DNA from: Glycera tridactyla
Lineage: Eukaryota
NCBI GenBank assembly: GCA_965644265.1
Contig: OZ286463.1
Coordinates: 30,380,001-30,444,000, forward strand
Length of the DNA stretch: 64,000 bases
Direction of reading: 5' to 3'
The notes beneath the pieces were generated by a model, which made no database searches, was not told the origin of the DNA, and saw only the letters and a list, made by a program, of their open reading frames with translations. The position numbers and the translations under genes are program-made. Positions within the stretch are counted from its first letter, which is position 1. Each line of letters starts with the position of its first letter. This document shows positions 36,667 to 50,539 of this stretch, piece after piece.

Positions 36667-38922
36667 NNNNNNNNNNNNNNNNNNNNNNNNNNNNNNNNNN
36701 NNNNNNNNNNNNNNNNNNNNNNNNNNNNNNNNNNNNNNNNNNNNNNNNNNNNNNNNNNNNNNNNNNNNNNNNNNNNNNNNNNNNNNNNNNNNNNNNNNNC
36801 GTATAATCGAGATCGCAGTTGTCTGAGTGGGATAATGTTCAAATATATAGGAAAAAAATGCGGGGTGAAAACGCCATCCTAGCGAATGCATCAAAAAGCG
36901 TGATCTTGTGGCATCCAGTAATACAGGAAAAAATTAAGAATGCGCACATGAGATTACTTTATTGTGAGGGTAACTGTGTGGATATCAGCATCATACGCGG
37001 CAGAATCGAGCGCCTCTTAATTTTCAACATAGTTGTGAAGTTGGTGGAATTTTCAGTAGTATGAGCTAATGTCAGAGTGCCTAGCAAACAGGAGGTTATC
37101 CTAGCTGTGATGTGGCCATGTTCACATCTGCATCAGGTTCCATGTTACAAATCGGGGTATAGTGAAAAATCCAGTGAGATGATCCTATGCAAAACATGAT
37201 TTCTTTTCATAGCAACAGATGATGTGAAGATTAGAAGTTAGTTAGGGTCAGCAAACGTTCTGAATTGAGATTCTCATGGTTATCCCAACATGGAATGATT
37301 CGAAATATAATGGTGGTTTACAACCTGAAAACTCACCCGAAAAAAAAAACGAAAAAAATGTTCAGAACATGTAGTTTTCTTCAAATCTTCGTAGCGGATA
37401 ACTTGAACATGAGCCAGTCTGACTTTATATCCCTTTCTTCAGTAGACTGTATGACCGGCATGCAGAATGAATGTCTCACCTGAGTTGACTGGCCTGAACG
37501 TGCGCTGAAGGAATGACATCAGGCCCAATACTGTCGTGAAAGGGTTGCCCAGACATCTCGACGGACTCAGGTGACAAACTCCACCCAATATTGATTTCAC
37601 TGGGACACTAACCAACTCGGAGCTAATCTGTTCACAACAGAAAACCGTTTTTCTATGTCAAACAAAAACGTACCGGTCACAACAGTAGCCGAGGTCGTTG
37701 ATTTCGATGTTGATATATTAATCAAAGGTGGAACAGCTGACCAATGCATGGGCTGAATAAGGGAAGGACATGAACCCCTGAAATAGTACAAGTCGTTGGT
37801 CTCTCCAATTTCACAGGAAGTGGTCGAAGTATGAGGGAATGGCTCATATATTGCAGCATTTCATGATGACCATGTCAAACTCCGAACTTGAGAGGTCACC
37901 GACACTAACACTTTCAATTACGTTCCAAACAACGTGATGTAGAATCACCGATAGAAAAATCCATGACTCTAGATTAAATTACAGTAGGTGATGAATTCGT
38001 TGAAGATGTAATAATGGAAGCTGCTCGATCGAAAAGATTACTATCGCAGGAAAATCATTCAGTCATCATGAGAACACTTCTTCCATACACGTGAATGTCG
38101 TTTATTCCATTTGATAGGTGAGTTTTTCCTGATTTGGTGTGAGCCATCAAATTCAGGTTTTGACAGGATGTAGGACACATGTGATACATGAGGTGGCCCT
38201 TTTGCTGTATGCAGTAAAAGGGGGCTGGACGGAAACGGTGGTAAAAGGAATTCAGAACATTGTCCAGAATAGCCTGGCCGGATTGGACGTCATAGAATGA
38301 AGCCATTTGCCGAATTTTGTTCGACGCAATGTATTCGAATACAGTTCAATCTATAGCTTTTCCCATAACCAATAATACCTCAGTTTTGTGATAAGGTCCG
38401 GATCGATATCGAGGATGACTTATAGATTGAAGATACTCAGACACACATACACCAACAAATCCAATCACATACACACACCCACACACACACACACCAGCAT
38501 GCACATCACCCAACTACATGCATGTATCTGCCACCAAATGNNNNNNNNNNNNNNNNNNNNNNNNNNNNNNNNNNNNNNNNNNNNNNNNNNNNNNNNNNNN
38601 NNNNNNNNNNNNNNNNNNNNNNNNNNNNNNNNNNNNNNNNNNNNNNNNNNNNNNNNNNNNNNNNNNNNNNNNNNNNNNNNNNNNNNNNNNNNNNNNNNNN
38701 NNNNNNNNNNNNNNNNNNNNNNNNNNNNNNNNNNNNNNNNNNNNNNNNNNNNNNNNNNNNGTCATAACCATCGTCACCGTCATCATCATTGTCATCACAG
38801 GCGACAAAACAGCAGTCGCCTAGGCAAAAAAAGCCACCCCTATGACAAGACTGATGCTTCATCAACATGATAGGAAGAATAACAACCCAAGATGCGTATT
38901 CGGACGCGAAGCGGGTGTCAAA

Positions 38923-38968
<46 letters not shown>
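38923..38968. repeat. (GAT)n microsatellite
   Basis: Direct reading. Confidence 0.95.
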
Positions 38969-41900
38969 CCTTATTTACTCGTAATGCACTCATCGATGAT
39001 CTCTCAAAATGACAAAGAATTGCTTTTTGTGAATAACCTTCTCTGTGCAATTATATATTTTGGTACAACAATTCCGGTGCTAAATATAGATATAATGTGA
39101 TATACATCTGTATCCTTCCAATACATCAAACAGATGAAGGCATCATCCGAAGCGAGGTGGTCCTCGATGCAGCATAGATATATGTAGGTCCATAGACACA
39201 ATTTGCCAGCAAGCAAAATAGTATAGGAGGGTGGCAGTATACAGAAAGCTCGAGAGGGGAGAGATGCGATTTTCTATGAATATAATATACCTTCGGTATA
39301 GGATTATGCAGGTATGTATCCGCATATATATCGACCCATATTTCTTGCCCATATGATATGATCTTGAATAGATGGAATATTGTTGGACGTGTCCCGTTTT
39401 TCTTGACGATTCAGCTAAACACAATCACTCTTTCAGGCTATTCTTGCGCAGCCAACACATTACATACGTTGACTCTGAAGACACAACTAATAATTTTAGG
39501 ACGGCTTCTGTCGAATTCACGATCTGAATCGACTTTCCCACGAGTTTGGAATCTCAGTTGTTCGCAGTGCTAATACATGGTATGGTGAAATCATCCTTGA
39601 TCCTTACCTCTCCCAAGTTCATAATAGAAGGTGGATATTCATGTACTCCGCGGACACTCCAACTGTCAGTTCTGATGAACAACGCGAGGAAGAAGACTTA
39701 GATAATTGATGTAGCCAACAAGGTCTACTACGTGTGAATATACTGAAAATGAGTGTACAAAGTTAGTGTCCAGCACTCTGTAAAATCTGCTTTTTGTTCA
39801 AATAATAGATTATGAGCTGGGCCCCTGTTCGGACGGTTGACTAAAACGCAAGGAGGCACTTCTGTGTGGAGGTAGCTGAGTGAAACCTCTGTAACCCACC
39901 ACTTCACTTCACCCAGGCATGAATGAGTACTGACAATGGGCAGTGATGGTGGTCGTAGAAAGCTCAGCTCATGCAGTCTGTGGTAGTATGGGAGATAAGA
40001 AAGGCGAAAACTTGAACAAGTCTGCCAAGGAATGACAATGTAAAGTCGGCTGAACTTGCTGAAGATACCAGACTCCAAACCACTACATTTACATTTACAT
40101 TGATATGGACAAAATTCTCATAACTAGGTGAGATTCGCTGTCCACATTTCAATTCACATTGCGGAATGATTGGCAGAAAAGCCGGGACAGACATGGAAGA
40201 TATCAAGCTTGGCTGATTGCTCTCTTGATCCTTAGAATTCAGACAAGTGATATTCTGCTTGAATGCATTACCATGCTGTCAGGCGAGGCATTCCCGGCGT
40301 CCATCATTGTCAATGAAAACCGATGACCCAAATGATGAACTCGCGTGTGTTCTCGTCAGTATCGGTTAGATACGAGAGTCTACCCCCCCCCCTCCCCTCC
40401 AGGAGCTGCTCCTCCTTCTCAATGTAGATGGCAAGTATGTGTTCGGCTACTGGTAACTATAGCAATATAATAAGTACTATAGATATGGACGCAATATTCA
40501 CTGAAACATATAGAGAATCCTGAACAAAGACCCCCCCCCCCACCCTCCTGAAGAGATCACCCTGAGTTGTAACCCTTGAAAGCATTTTCCCTTTTAAATA
40601 ACCTCTCATCGAAAGCCACCTATACTTGGTAAGACAGGTTTGAGTGTGCTTAGTAATGCTGCTATTATCAGGAATGCGCCAGATACCATTCACTCGCGTC
40701 ATCCTGGTCAATTGAGGTTCGAATGTGTCTGCAAAGAACAAGTTTATAAGTAGTGAATTATTCGATTCTATTCATCAAACTCCATGGAGCTATTGAAAAC
40801 GATGCACTTACCTCTGTATGTCTTATTCAACTCAGTGATATGAGAAAATGTTCAATTTAGTGTTGATACATACTGATGCTAAGTTTTCGTGAGGAAGTCT
40901 CGTTTTGAACCGCTTCGATGTCCGACATCTGATCCGTCCATAAGAAAGTATCGGCACTTTCACGAAGACTGAATCAATCAATCTGGCCTTATTTATGATA
41001 ACATCTGACTTTTGGATCTATGCATGACAAGCCTTCAACTCAGTCGAGTCAGTTCCCAATGCTATCAAGAGTAAACTTGACGGACATTGGCTTCAAATTT
41101 CAAGATAGGCACTATACAGATAAGATCAGGTGAAGAGACGGTGAATAACTGCGACCAAAAGAAACAGAGGAAACAGAGAGGAGTTTCGCATATCAAATAT
41201 GGGACCATATCAGCAAGCCTGGAATTCGAATAAGAACACGATATAACACAGTCCATCCAGTGCGAATGGGGGAGACAACATACGCATCATTGAGATATAA
41301 AAACTATGTTATAAAGAATAAGAATAAAAATAATAAATCTTCATTGCACACTTTGTCCATTACAATTGAACACCAGTCCTACAATGCAATAAAGCTACAA
41401 TACATGATATATAACTCATGGAAGAACATGCAAATAAAGTGAATGTACATGTATGAGAAAGAGTTCAGCATAGCTCCAAGACAGGGGATGATGACTTCTT
41501 GTGCCAGTTTCTCTCTTTGATATTCCGGAATGAAAAGGGCCCATTAAAAAAGAATGGATGTTTTGAAGAAATAATCGTGTGGAGCCCATTTCTGCCAGGT
41601 TTCCCTTGGTCATGTCTATCTCCATGTCAGTCAGCAAATGAATGCCCTGACCCAGTTAAATAACCTGTGTATTTTGCTTCCTCTAGGTACTCAGACAGAC
41701 ATGTCCTTCTCTTTCATCTAGATAGTACTTGGCCCTATCGGCCCTGGAAGTATGTCAACCTGCAGATCTGCCGGATGCAAACTATCCCAGAAAACTGGTG
41801 AGATGGGTGGGGCTTTGGATGGGTGTCACAGGTTCAGCTGTGCACAGAACTGCCTCACGGCTCTTGCAATTTCGCCTTCAGCCGTCGTTAAGAAGAAGAA

Positions 41901-43823
41901 TTTGTCACATGATGGTATGTGTCCGATACGACTAGGGTAGCCTTTCGACCTCGTACGGAACCGGCCGTCGGAGCGGCGCCGTATAAGCACACATATTATG
42001 TCATTCTCATCTTTCCTCAGACACTATCTCAGTCCACTTATGAGGAGCACTAGAATCACTCATATCCTGATATGCAAGCTGCCATTACACAACCATCATA
42101 CTGTGTTGGAGTTTCAGTTACTGAGCAACTTCCTCGTAAGTTCCTGAATTGTGGGAAGAGTCTTGGGAAATAATTTGCCACAGTATATGAACATCCATAC
42201 CGAAGAGGCATCAAATCAACTGAAGTTCGTCATATTGGTGATTCATTGTATAGCACCTGTTTTAGGTATAGCTGTCCGTGGTATACTTCTCGTAAAAAAT
42301 GCTTGGAAGCACTGCATTGAAATTCCCTTCCACCTTAGAATGGGCACAAGTAGGCAATAGTATCATGTCATGGAGAAGACATTGAGCTGTTAGGTACTCG
42401 AGTGTTCTGTTCCCGACATGATTTCTACACCATTGGGTTTGAGTTATATCTCAAGATGAGGCGCTGAATTGAATCAAAAANNNNNNNNNNNNNNNNNNNN
42501 NNNNNNNNNNNNNNNNNNNNNNNNNNNNNNNNNNNNNNNNNNNNNNNNNNNNNNNNNNNNNNNNNNNNNNNNNNNNNNNNNNNNNNNNNNNNNNNNNNNN
42601 NNNNNNNNNNNNNNNNNNNNNNNNNNNNNNNNNNNNNNNNNNNNNNNNNNNNNNNNNNNNNNNNNNNNNNNNNNNNNNNNNNNNNNNNNNNNNNNNNNNN
42701 NNNNNNNNNNNNNNNNNNNNNNNNNNNNNNNNNNNNNNNNNNNNNNNNNNNNNNNNNNNNNNNNNNNNNNNNNNNNNNNNGCTCCACCTGTCGATCATCA
42801 TGCCCACAATGCAGAAGACCTGAAACAGTTTAAGCAGGAACGCAGCAGCTCAGTATTGAGTCAGCACTGACTGCCAGGAGAGATGAATGATATACAAGAT
42901 TGGTGTTCTCATGTATAAAGCTCAGCTTGGCTTAGCCCCGGGATAAACGGAGCGGATTAATGCGATAATCTCTCGAAATTAAATCATGGATGCGCTCTCG
43001 AAGTTCTCCGATGTCAGATCTGCATTTGAATGTGGCCAGAACTAATGAATCCTCACCTGATGATAGATGAGCTGTAACAATTCGAAAAAAATCAAGAGCA
43101 ATCTTCGAAAAGACTTTATCGGGCGTATTATTTTGCGGGCGCAAACAAACATACCTCAGATCGTTCACATATTAGGAAGAATTAGCTTGCAAATCAACTC
43201 AGGATATCATCGTCAAGGCTGTTCTTTGCGACACTGCCACTGTCCGAACAATGTTTCGAATATTTCATCGACTTGGGATGATCTATGTAATAAATCTACC
43301 CAGACTGATGTGCCAAAATAATTCTACTAATCATTGAAACTGAGCAAGTGGGCAATTGAAGCAATCTTGTTTTCCATGCTGATCACAATCTTGTTTCCTG
43401 GCATACTTTGACTGAGAGAGAATCGTGTTCTCAGGGGGGGTACATGAATACGAGCACCTCCGAGTAATCTAATACAACCAAGTTGCTCTCAAGGCCGTAG
43501 AAATAATCAAATACTTGTCGATCGAGAGTATGTTAGTTTTGAGTCAGATCAGTTTCATTGTGGAATCGAATATATCTTTACTGGAGGAAATACAGGTGTT
43601 TGAGATAGCTGGTTGAGTAAATTCTCCAATATGCGTCTTTGCGCTTGTTTTTCTTATTCTCAGGTGATTGTGTGGTAGCAGGGCCGGATGTGCCAAAGGG
43701 CACGGCCTATACATATCTTCAAGATGGTCATAAATTTACAGACACACAGAGATGGGTGCATGATATATCAAAAGATAATTCGGTTGTATCGAATATCTTC
43801 CCATTCTGTGATGGTTGCGTGTA

Positions 43824-44000
43824 CGGTCGAACCTGCTCTAAAAACCTCCTCTCTTTAAAGACTACCTCTCTATGGATGCAACCCTGAGTAGCGACCATGG
43901 TAGTATTTTCAACAGAAAATAACCTCCCTATAAAGACCACCAGTCTCTGAAGGCTACTTTTTCTGCGACCGAAGGTGGTCTTTATAAACAGGTTTGACTA
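43824..44000. mobile_element. 177-bp MITE, Tc1/mariner-pogo type
   Basis: TA|CGGTCGAACCTGCTCTAAA...TTTATAAACAGGTTTGACTA|TA; collinear with 47035-47211. Confidence 0.85.
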
Positions 44001-44857
44001 TATTGCGTTGAGCAAGAAGAGCGGACCCTGACATACGTGGCCCTATTTCGCTACGCCTATACATTACACATCATGATGAAACCGATTTTCTGACAAGAGT
44101 GGTCTCACTTATCTTTGAATTTCTTTGTTGCGATTCTGTGACCTCACGATTTGAGTTAATGATGTGAGATTTCATCCTGAGAAGACAAACATAATTTTTC
44201 TTCACTCCAGCCTGGTCTATCAATCTAAATTTTGATCTCGTTTCATTAGTCACGAAATCCTCCTATACCTGAGGAGATTATGGCGGGGCTTATCTGACCC
44301 ATCTTCTATATTCTATCTCACAGCAGAGTAACCCTTTCAAGGCGGAAGTTTTGGACACACACAACTCACACACTGGTATATCGTAATGTGTGCGAGTAAT
44401 AGATCTGGCGGAATACTAGTTTGATGAAATCAGAAATGTGATAGGCCAAGCGATATTGACATGTTCATAAACTAAATGTGCCAACATGGACGATGTCGGC
44501 GTCACTTGAAACAGACGCCATATTTCAAATGAATTGACTAAAATCACCAAACCAATTGGGAAAACCATTCCCGGTGTGATTTCTGACAAGGACGGTGATC
44601 GGCCTCCGTGACCAATCACTAAGTGAAGATGGTGACGCCTGGAGTTGTTTGGAAATAGACGAACTCAAATTCAATTCAATTCAAAACCTTCTATCTGTAC
44701 ATCGGTGTATGATATACAAAAGAAAGAATACTTCATACCATCTGATTTCCACCAGTCTTGTGTTCAATTACTTGTCAGTGATATGGTCTGAGTGAACAGC
44801 ATTGGGATTAGTATTAGGAAAACAAACAAAACAAACAAGGATGCCATAAAGCAGCGA

Positions 44858-46207
44858 ATAATCATGAGATTGAGAGAAAAGTATTATGGGTAGCATATAC
44901 ATGTGCATCAAATGATCATAAGACTGAGAGAGAAGTATTCTAGGCAGCGTATACATGCGCATCAAATGATCATAAGACTGAGAGAAAAGTATTCTAGGTA
45001 GCGTATACATCTGCATCAAATAATCATAAGACTGAGAGAGAAGTATTCTAGGTGGCGTATACATGTGCATCAAATAATCATAAGACTGAGAGAGAAGTAT
45101 TCTAGGTAGCGTATACATGCGCATCAAATGATCATAAGACTGAGAGAAAAGTATTCTAGGTAGCGTATACATGTGCATCGAATGATCATGAGACTGAGAG
45201 AGAAGTATTCTAGGTAGCGTATACATGTGCATCAAATGATCATAAGACTGAGAGAGAAGTAGGCTAGGTAGTGTATACATGTGCATCAAATGATCATAAG
45301 ACTGAGAGAGAAGTATTCTAGGTAGCGTATACATGCGCATTAAATGATCATGAGACTGAGAGAGAAGTATTCTAGGTAGCGTATACATGTGCATCAAATG
45401 ATCATAAGACTGAGAGAGAAGTATTCTAGGTAGCGTACACATGCGCATCAAATGATCATAAGACTGAGAGAGAAGTATTCTAGGTAGCGTATACATGCGC
45501 ATCAAATAACCATAAGACTGAGAGAGAAGTATTCTAGGTAGCGTATACATGCGCATCAAATGATCATAAGACTGAGAGAGAAGTATTCTAGGTAGCGTAT
45601 ACATGCGCATCAAATGATCATAAGACTGAGAGAGAAGTATTCTAGGTAGCGTACACATGCGCATCAGATGATCATAAGACTGAGAGAGGAGTATTCTAGG
45701 TAGCGTATACATGCGCATCAAATAACCATAAGACTGAGAGAGAAGTATTCTAGGTAGCGTATACATGCGCATCAAATGATCATAAGACTGAGAGAGAAGT
45801 ATTCTAGGTAGCGTATACATGCGCATCAAATGATCATAAGACTGAGAGAGAAGTATTCTAGGTAGCGTATACATGCGCATCAAATGATCATAAGACTGAG
45901 AGAAAAGTATTATAGGTAGCATATACATGTGCATCAAATGATCATAAGACTGAGAGAGAAGTATTCTAGGTAGCGTATACATGCGCATCAAATGATCATA
46001 AGACTGAGAGAGAAGTATTCTAGGTAGCGTATACATGCGCATCAAATGATCATGAGACTGAGAGAAAAGTATTATAGGTAGCATATACATGTGCATCAAA
46101 TGATCATAAGACTGAGAGAGAAGTATTCTAGGTAGCGTATACATGTGCAGCAAATGATCATAAGACTGAGAGAGAAGTATTCTAGGTAGCGTATACATGT
46201 GCATCAG
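44858..46207. repeat. 54-bp minisatellite, 25 copies
   Basis: Unit ATGATCATAAGACTGAGAGAGAAGTATTCTAGGTAGCGTATACATGCGCATCAA; 25 18-codon repeats counted in the minus-strand translation. Confidence 0.98.
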
Positions 46208-47034
46208 ATTGTCAGGTGTCGGTCGCGATATTGGCCTCAGTTTGGTTGCCTCGCGAATATGCAGACTAATCCAGACAAGAGGATTATATACCTCGACACT
46301 GGTGGTCCCTGTGAGATCCACGGGGCCGGTGACATTCGAAGAGGGGAAAATTTACCCCCAAATGTCCGTAATTATAGCCCAGCGTTGACGACTGGGAAAG
46401 CCAGAGGACAGCTGCGGGTGATCGTGCCTGACTACGCTTGAAATTCCGAAATGAGATACCTGTTAAATATATCCAAAGGGATATTATCTGAGTGAGTTCA
46501 TTCGTCAAAGGTAGAGTTGACCTCTCCCTGTCAAATATCTATTCCAGAATGACACCTTGAGTCTTCCGTCAGGGTGAAGAGTCTTGATTGATCCCGACCA
46601 TGCCAATTGCATGGCAGTATCAGTATAGCCCGGATATAGCTCACGGGATATGAAGCAAGCTACCACCATCATCTTCCCTCAGTGGATTGATCGTGAAGAT
46701 GAACTTGACTCCTAGTGATTATTTGGATGTCTCGAAACACTCCGTGTTGTGCCAATTAGCCAAAAACGACGAACATGTCGAATATGAGAAACCATGAGGG
46801 CGCAACATCAAAGTGCTGATCCTCAGTGCTCAGCAGCAAAAACATTCTGAAAAGTACATAGAGCTCTCTCGTTCACCGATGTGGACGCAGATAATGATGG
46901 GTGGTTCCTCTTTCGTAGGAGTCCATCAGAAAAGCCATGCTGGAGAGAACTGGTGATCAATAAGTGTATCTGGTGTGTCGGTGTTCAGATGTATATAGTC
47001 GACTACTCCCTATATGGGTACCCCGTGAGATATA

Positions 47035-47211
47035 CAGTCGAACCTGCTCTAAAGACCACCTCTCTATACAGATTACCTCTCTATAAAGACCACCTGAGCT
47101 GCGACCGTGGTAGTATTTTCAACAGTAAATGACCTCTCTCTGAAGACCACCTGCCTGTGAAGACCGCTTTGGGATGCGACCGAAAGTGGTCTTTATAGAC
47201 AGGTTCGACTG
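47035..47211. mobile_element. 177-bp MITE, Tc1/mariner-pogo type, with TA TSD
   Basis: TA|CAGTCGAACCTGCTCTAAAGACCAC...GTGGTCTTTATAGACAGGTTCGACTG|TA; about 25-bp TIRs. Confidence 0.9.
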
Positions 47212-47242
47212 TATTGTACATGAAGGGCTTTTGAATGTTTAA

Positions 47243-48087
47243 CTCTCAAGCGATCAAGCCATATCTTCTTTCACAAAAAATCAGCCCAAAACTCACAACT
47301 GGGTTTGTTATCCCAAGCAGTCTCTGAATTATGTCCAGTTCACGATGGCGACCTGCAGGAGGAGGATTCCTCCCCCAGATTGTTCCATTTTTGCCTGTGT
47401 ACAACCAGCGCTGGTCATTCTGATCATTATTTCCTACAGGCACGACATCTTGTGCAGCTTGGCCTGAATCTTGGACACCGGCTCTTCCTTGAGTTCGTCA
47501 CTTTGCTCAGCCAAATGCTCATCCACAGGTTGCTCCACCATGGGCTCATGCCTGGCCTCTACCTGCTTCTCCGGCAGGCACACCTTAATCTGCTTGAGGT
47601 GCCACACATATGGGATGGACTTCGTGGTCAGATTCTACATCAGGCTGGTCTGACATGTCAGTGATATCATCCGCACTGTCTGGTGCCGACTCATCTCCAT
47701 CAATGGAGCTATTCTCATCCTCACTCTGGGCATCCCAAATCTGTCTCAATGCTTGTGCTGCTGTGAAGTTTGCTATTCTATGTTTGTTGGCCAGGCTTAC
47801 TTGCAAAACAGTATAATTTGATGCTCAGAGTTGACAAATTACAATATCATCTCAAGCTATAGTCGAAAAAGCTCATAGATCTTCCTGAGGGTCATGAGTG
47901 ACCCTGCACAAGTTTGGATCATACATGCCACACGAATTGCCATATTCTTACAAAATTCTATGACCGAATGCAGGACAATCAGATTGACAAATTCTCGGTA
48001 GAGATCTTATTTCCGATCAAATTTTCAAAATGGTGCATGGATAGATATGCCCGGGGTCATAAATGACCTCACCCGGTCGCTTCAAGG
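47243..48087 (-). mobile_element. piggyBac-superfamily internal-deletion derivative retaining only the transposase N-terminus
   Basis: Flanks TTAA (47239-47242) and TTAG (48088-48091). Imperfect TIRs CTCTCAAGCGATC versus CCTTGAAGCGACC (right end, reverse complemented). Peptides FTAAQALRQIWDAQSEDENS (acidic N-terminus) and WLYTGKNGTIWGRNPPPAGRHRELDIIQRLLGIT. GGGTCA-N4-TGACC(C/T) at 47889 and 48054. Confidence 0.8.
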
Positions 48088-48104
48088 TTAGGCACGGTAG
48101 ACTG

Positions 48105-48540
48105 GGCAGCTGAAGTTCAACATGGCGGATATGTTGTTGGCCATAGCATCATGGATGAGACTCACACTCTGGAACATTATTGGCATCTGCGACGATTGGG
48201 AATGTAATCTCGGCGAGGTTCCCGTGTATATTTCATCATAGAACGCCAGATATGTCAATTTCATGCTGATTTCGCGACAAGAGCGGCGGCGTATCTCCAC
48301 TGTTTCTCATACGAATAATCGCCGATAGTGCCGGCGGATTCACTGAAAAAAAGAGATGAAAAGATGGTGCATCCTCTCCAAAAAGATGAAACTAGCTGAA
48401 GCCAGGTCCAAAGATCGCCGGAACGTATGCCTATATTGTATATTCGTCCGATTCAAACTCAGATCAGAGGAAAGTGGGCGAAGTTATCGTATGAAAACGT
48501 ACCTGCCACATTTGGATCTGACAGAGTTCATATAGATTTG
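48105..48540 (-). mobile_element. Family IR-A element, inverted copy
   Basis: The reverse complement matches 13265-13705, e.g. TATCGGCGATTATT(C/T)GTATG(A/C)GAA(A/T)CAGTGGAGATACG and GAAATTGACATAT(C/T)TGGCGTTCT. Confidence 0.75.
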
Positions 48541-49855
48541 TGCGTAGTCACTGAGTATTATTAGTGCTGCTAAGGACCGGTAGCTTGACGTAAAAACCAT
48601 CTGAATAAAGGAGCTGTGCAATAATAATAGCGGTGCATACAGGTTTACGATGTGTACATAGACATCCTGCACCTCATCATCTTAAATTATGAGGCACTAC
48701 TCCCTCTAGTGTTTATTGTCGTTCTCTGGGTGGTGGGAAGAAGCGGTCTCTTTATGGGGCATCTACAGATGTTCACTGAAATTGACATCGCTGAAGTGGA
48801 GGGTCCTAGTTCACATCAACCACCCTCACTGTCTTTCCACTCACTGACCGTTGTATCACTACTACCTGCACTATATGTATTGCTGAGGGAAAATGTACAC
48901 ATAGTATATAGTTGCATCGGTGAAACTGTCATGAAATACAATTGCAACTAATGTGCTGCTGGATCGGCGGGAGAAGGCGATCAGGATCAGTGTATACATT
49001 CGTTGTAGTGATCCCAATCTCCCAATCTCAATATATCTTTCTCATCAGATGTCCTGGGTATACGGACAAGTTGGTTTTTCCCGTTCTACCAGTTCTCTCA
49101 AGATGGCATCAACACCACTAGTCGAATCATTGTGAAAGAAAGCATAAGCAACTAAAGCCCATTTCAGCTGTAAGTCTTGATCATGGTGGCATCCCCTTTG
49201 CCTGTATCATGGATGTTTTCGGTGTCTCCCGCACAACATAGGTTTTGCAGAGGTAATTGCAGAAAAAGCCACTATTATCGACTAGAAGCCCGTATTGTGC
49301 CGACCTTTGATCTTACCATGTTGTTAATGCCTATATATCTTCGGCTATTGCTGTAGTTGGGGTGGAAGTAGGTCCACTCTTAGTATGGACGAGTGATTCG
49401 TGCGTCAGGCTAATAATCAGCTTAATTGAGATATGAGTTTTTATTTTCAGAGAAAGACATTTATCGTTTAGTCATTCAACTGGAAAGCGAATAAACATGT
49501 CACTCCACTGACTCGATGCGACACTGGCGTTCATAGCATCACAACGACACGAATGATCCTTGTTCTACATTGAAACAAAACATTAGAAATCAATCCCCTT
49601 TGCTCGCCAAAATTATATGCAATTTCGAAAACCTTTGAACCCGTTACCTGAAATTGCGTTGACGGGTATGTCTAATTACAATCTTAAACTCCATGCGGAA
49701 GGGAAAATAGTGATGGGCGATCTCTAAGAGAATTCGTCCCTCCCTCTACCCATCTGCCTTCACTCGCTCACTCACACATTCGCATCCTTGCTCACTCACT
49801 TACTCACACATGCATACACACACATGCGTACACGCACACACGCACACACACTCAT

Positions 49856-50030
49856 GCTCTTGGTGGCTCAGTGGTAGCATGCTGGGCCGGCGTGCAATGG
49901 GTCTGGGGTTCAATCCCTGGTCCTAACATGCAGGAATGTGTCACCCTTCATCTTCGCTCCTCCTTGGCATGTGGTCTGATTCAGCCTACTCAAGTGCGGA
50001 AAATGGGCCTAAAACCTTAACATTTCATTT
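49856..50030 (+). mobile_element. tRNA-derived SINE
   Basis: A box TGGCTCAGTGG (49864-49874), B box GGTTCAATCCC (49907-49917), a non-tRNA body and a simple-repeat tail; embedded in (CA)n sequence. Confidence 0.75.
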
Positions 50031-50539
50031 GTTCACACGCACACACACACACACATAACACACACGTCCTGAGGCCTGTGTCAAAGATGACATTTGCAAA
50101 CCGTCTCTAATCTCTCAATGGCACCAGCCCTGCAACAAAAACCACGTTTTCATATGGAGTCTGAGGAGACAAGCTTGTCCCAAATTCGTTTAGCGTCTCT
50201 ATCTCGCTATCTGGGCGCAGGACAAAAATTGTGACATTCACCAGAAGTCTAAATAAAAAGTTATACATCTTCGAATACCAGCCACCCGGGGACCGCCATA
50301 CCGAGTTCGCCAGAGCTCATACCAGGTCTGCGTCACAGAGATTTCTCTCGACAATATCGGGAATTTTTTAACGGTATAGTTATGTATTTTTTCCCCAAAG
50401 GTAACCAGAAGGCAGCCAGCTCCGTCAGTGATGAAGTAATAGTCATCAAGATGGGGATACGTGGTGTTATGTGGACAATATGTATCTTCATGAAAATTTC
50501 GAGACATGTTGAGGAAGAGAACTATTGCAATAACATCAT

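Noticed and set aside
38150-38200. TIL-domain-like CPTSCQNL peptide
   Set aside because: The cysteine pattern is incomplete and there is no splice support.
42781-42819. Minus-strand acceptor followed by VFCIVGMMIDRWS (MFS-like GxxxDR)
   Set aside because: Only 13 codons before a gap; no other transporter exons were found.
43664-43821. Candidate plus-strand exon after the strong acceptor TTTTCTTATTCTCAG
   Set aside because: No convincing donor before the MITE, the peptide is unrecognised, and 52 open codons is within chance.
44768-46321. 517-aa ORF as a protein-coding gene
   Set aside because: Almost entirely a 54-bp tandem repeat; a unit divisible by three without a stop explains the ORF. 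No homology or splice context was recognised.
46270-46321. Kelch-like TTSVEVYNP peptide
   Set aside because: In-frame stop about 10 codons upstream, no GG motif and no further repeats.
49856-49930. tRNA gene
   Set aside because: A and B boxes are present but there is no closable acceptor stem, and it continues into a SINE-like body.
50155-50210. Hammerhead candidate CTGAGGA-GACAAGCTTGTC
   Set aside because: Followed by CCAAAT rather than GAAA; no stem I or III. The CTGATGA at about 16846 fails similarly.
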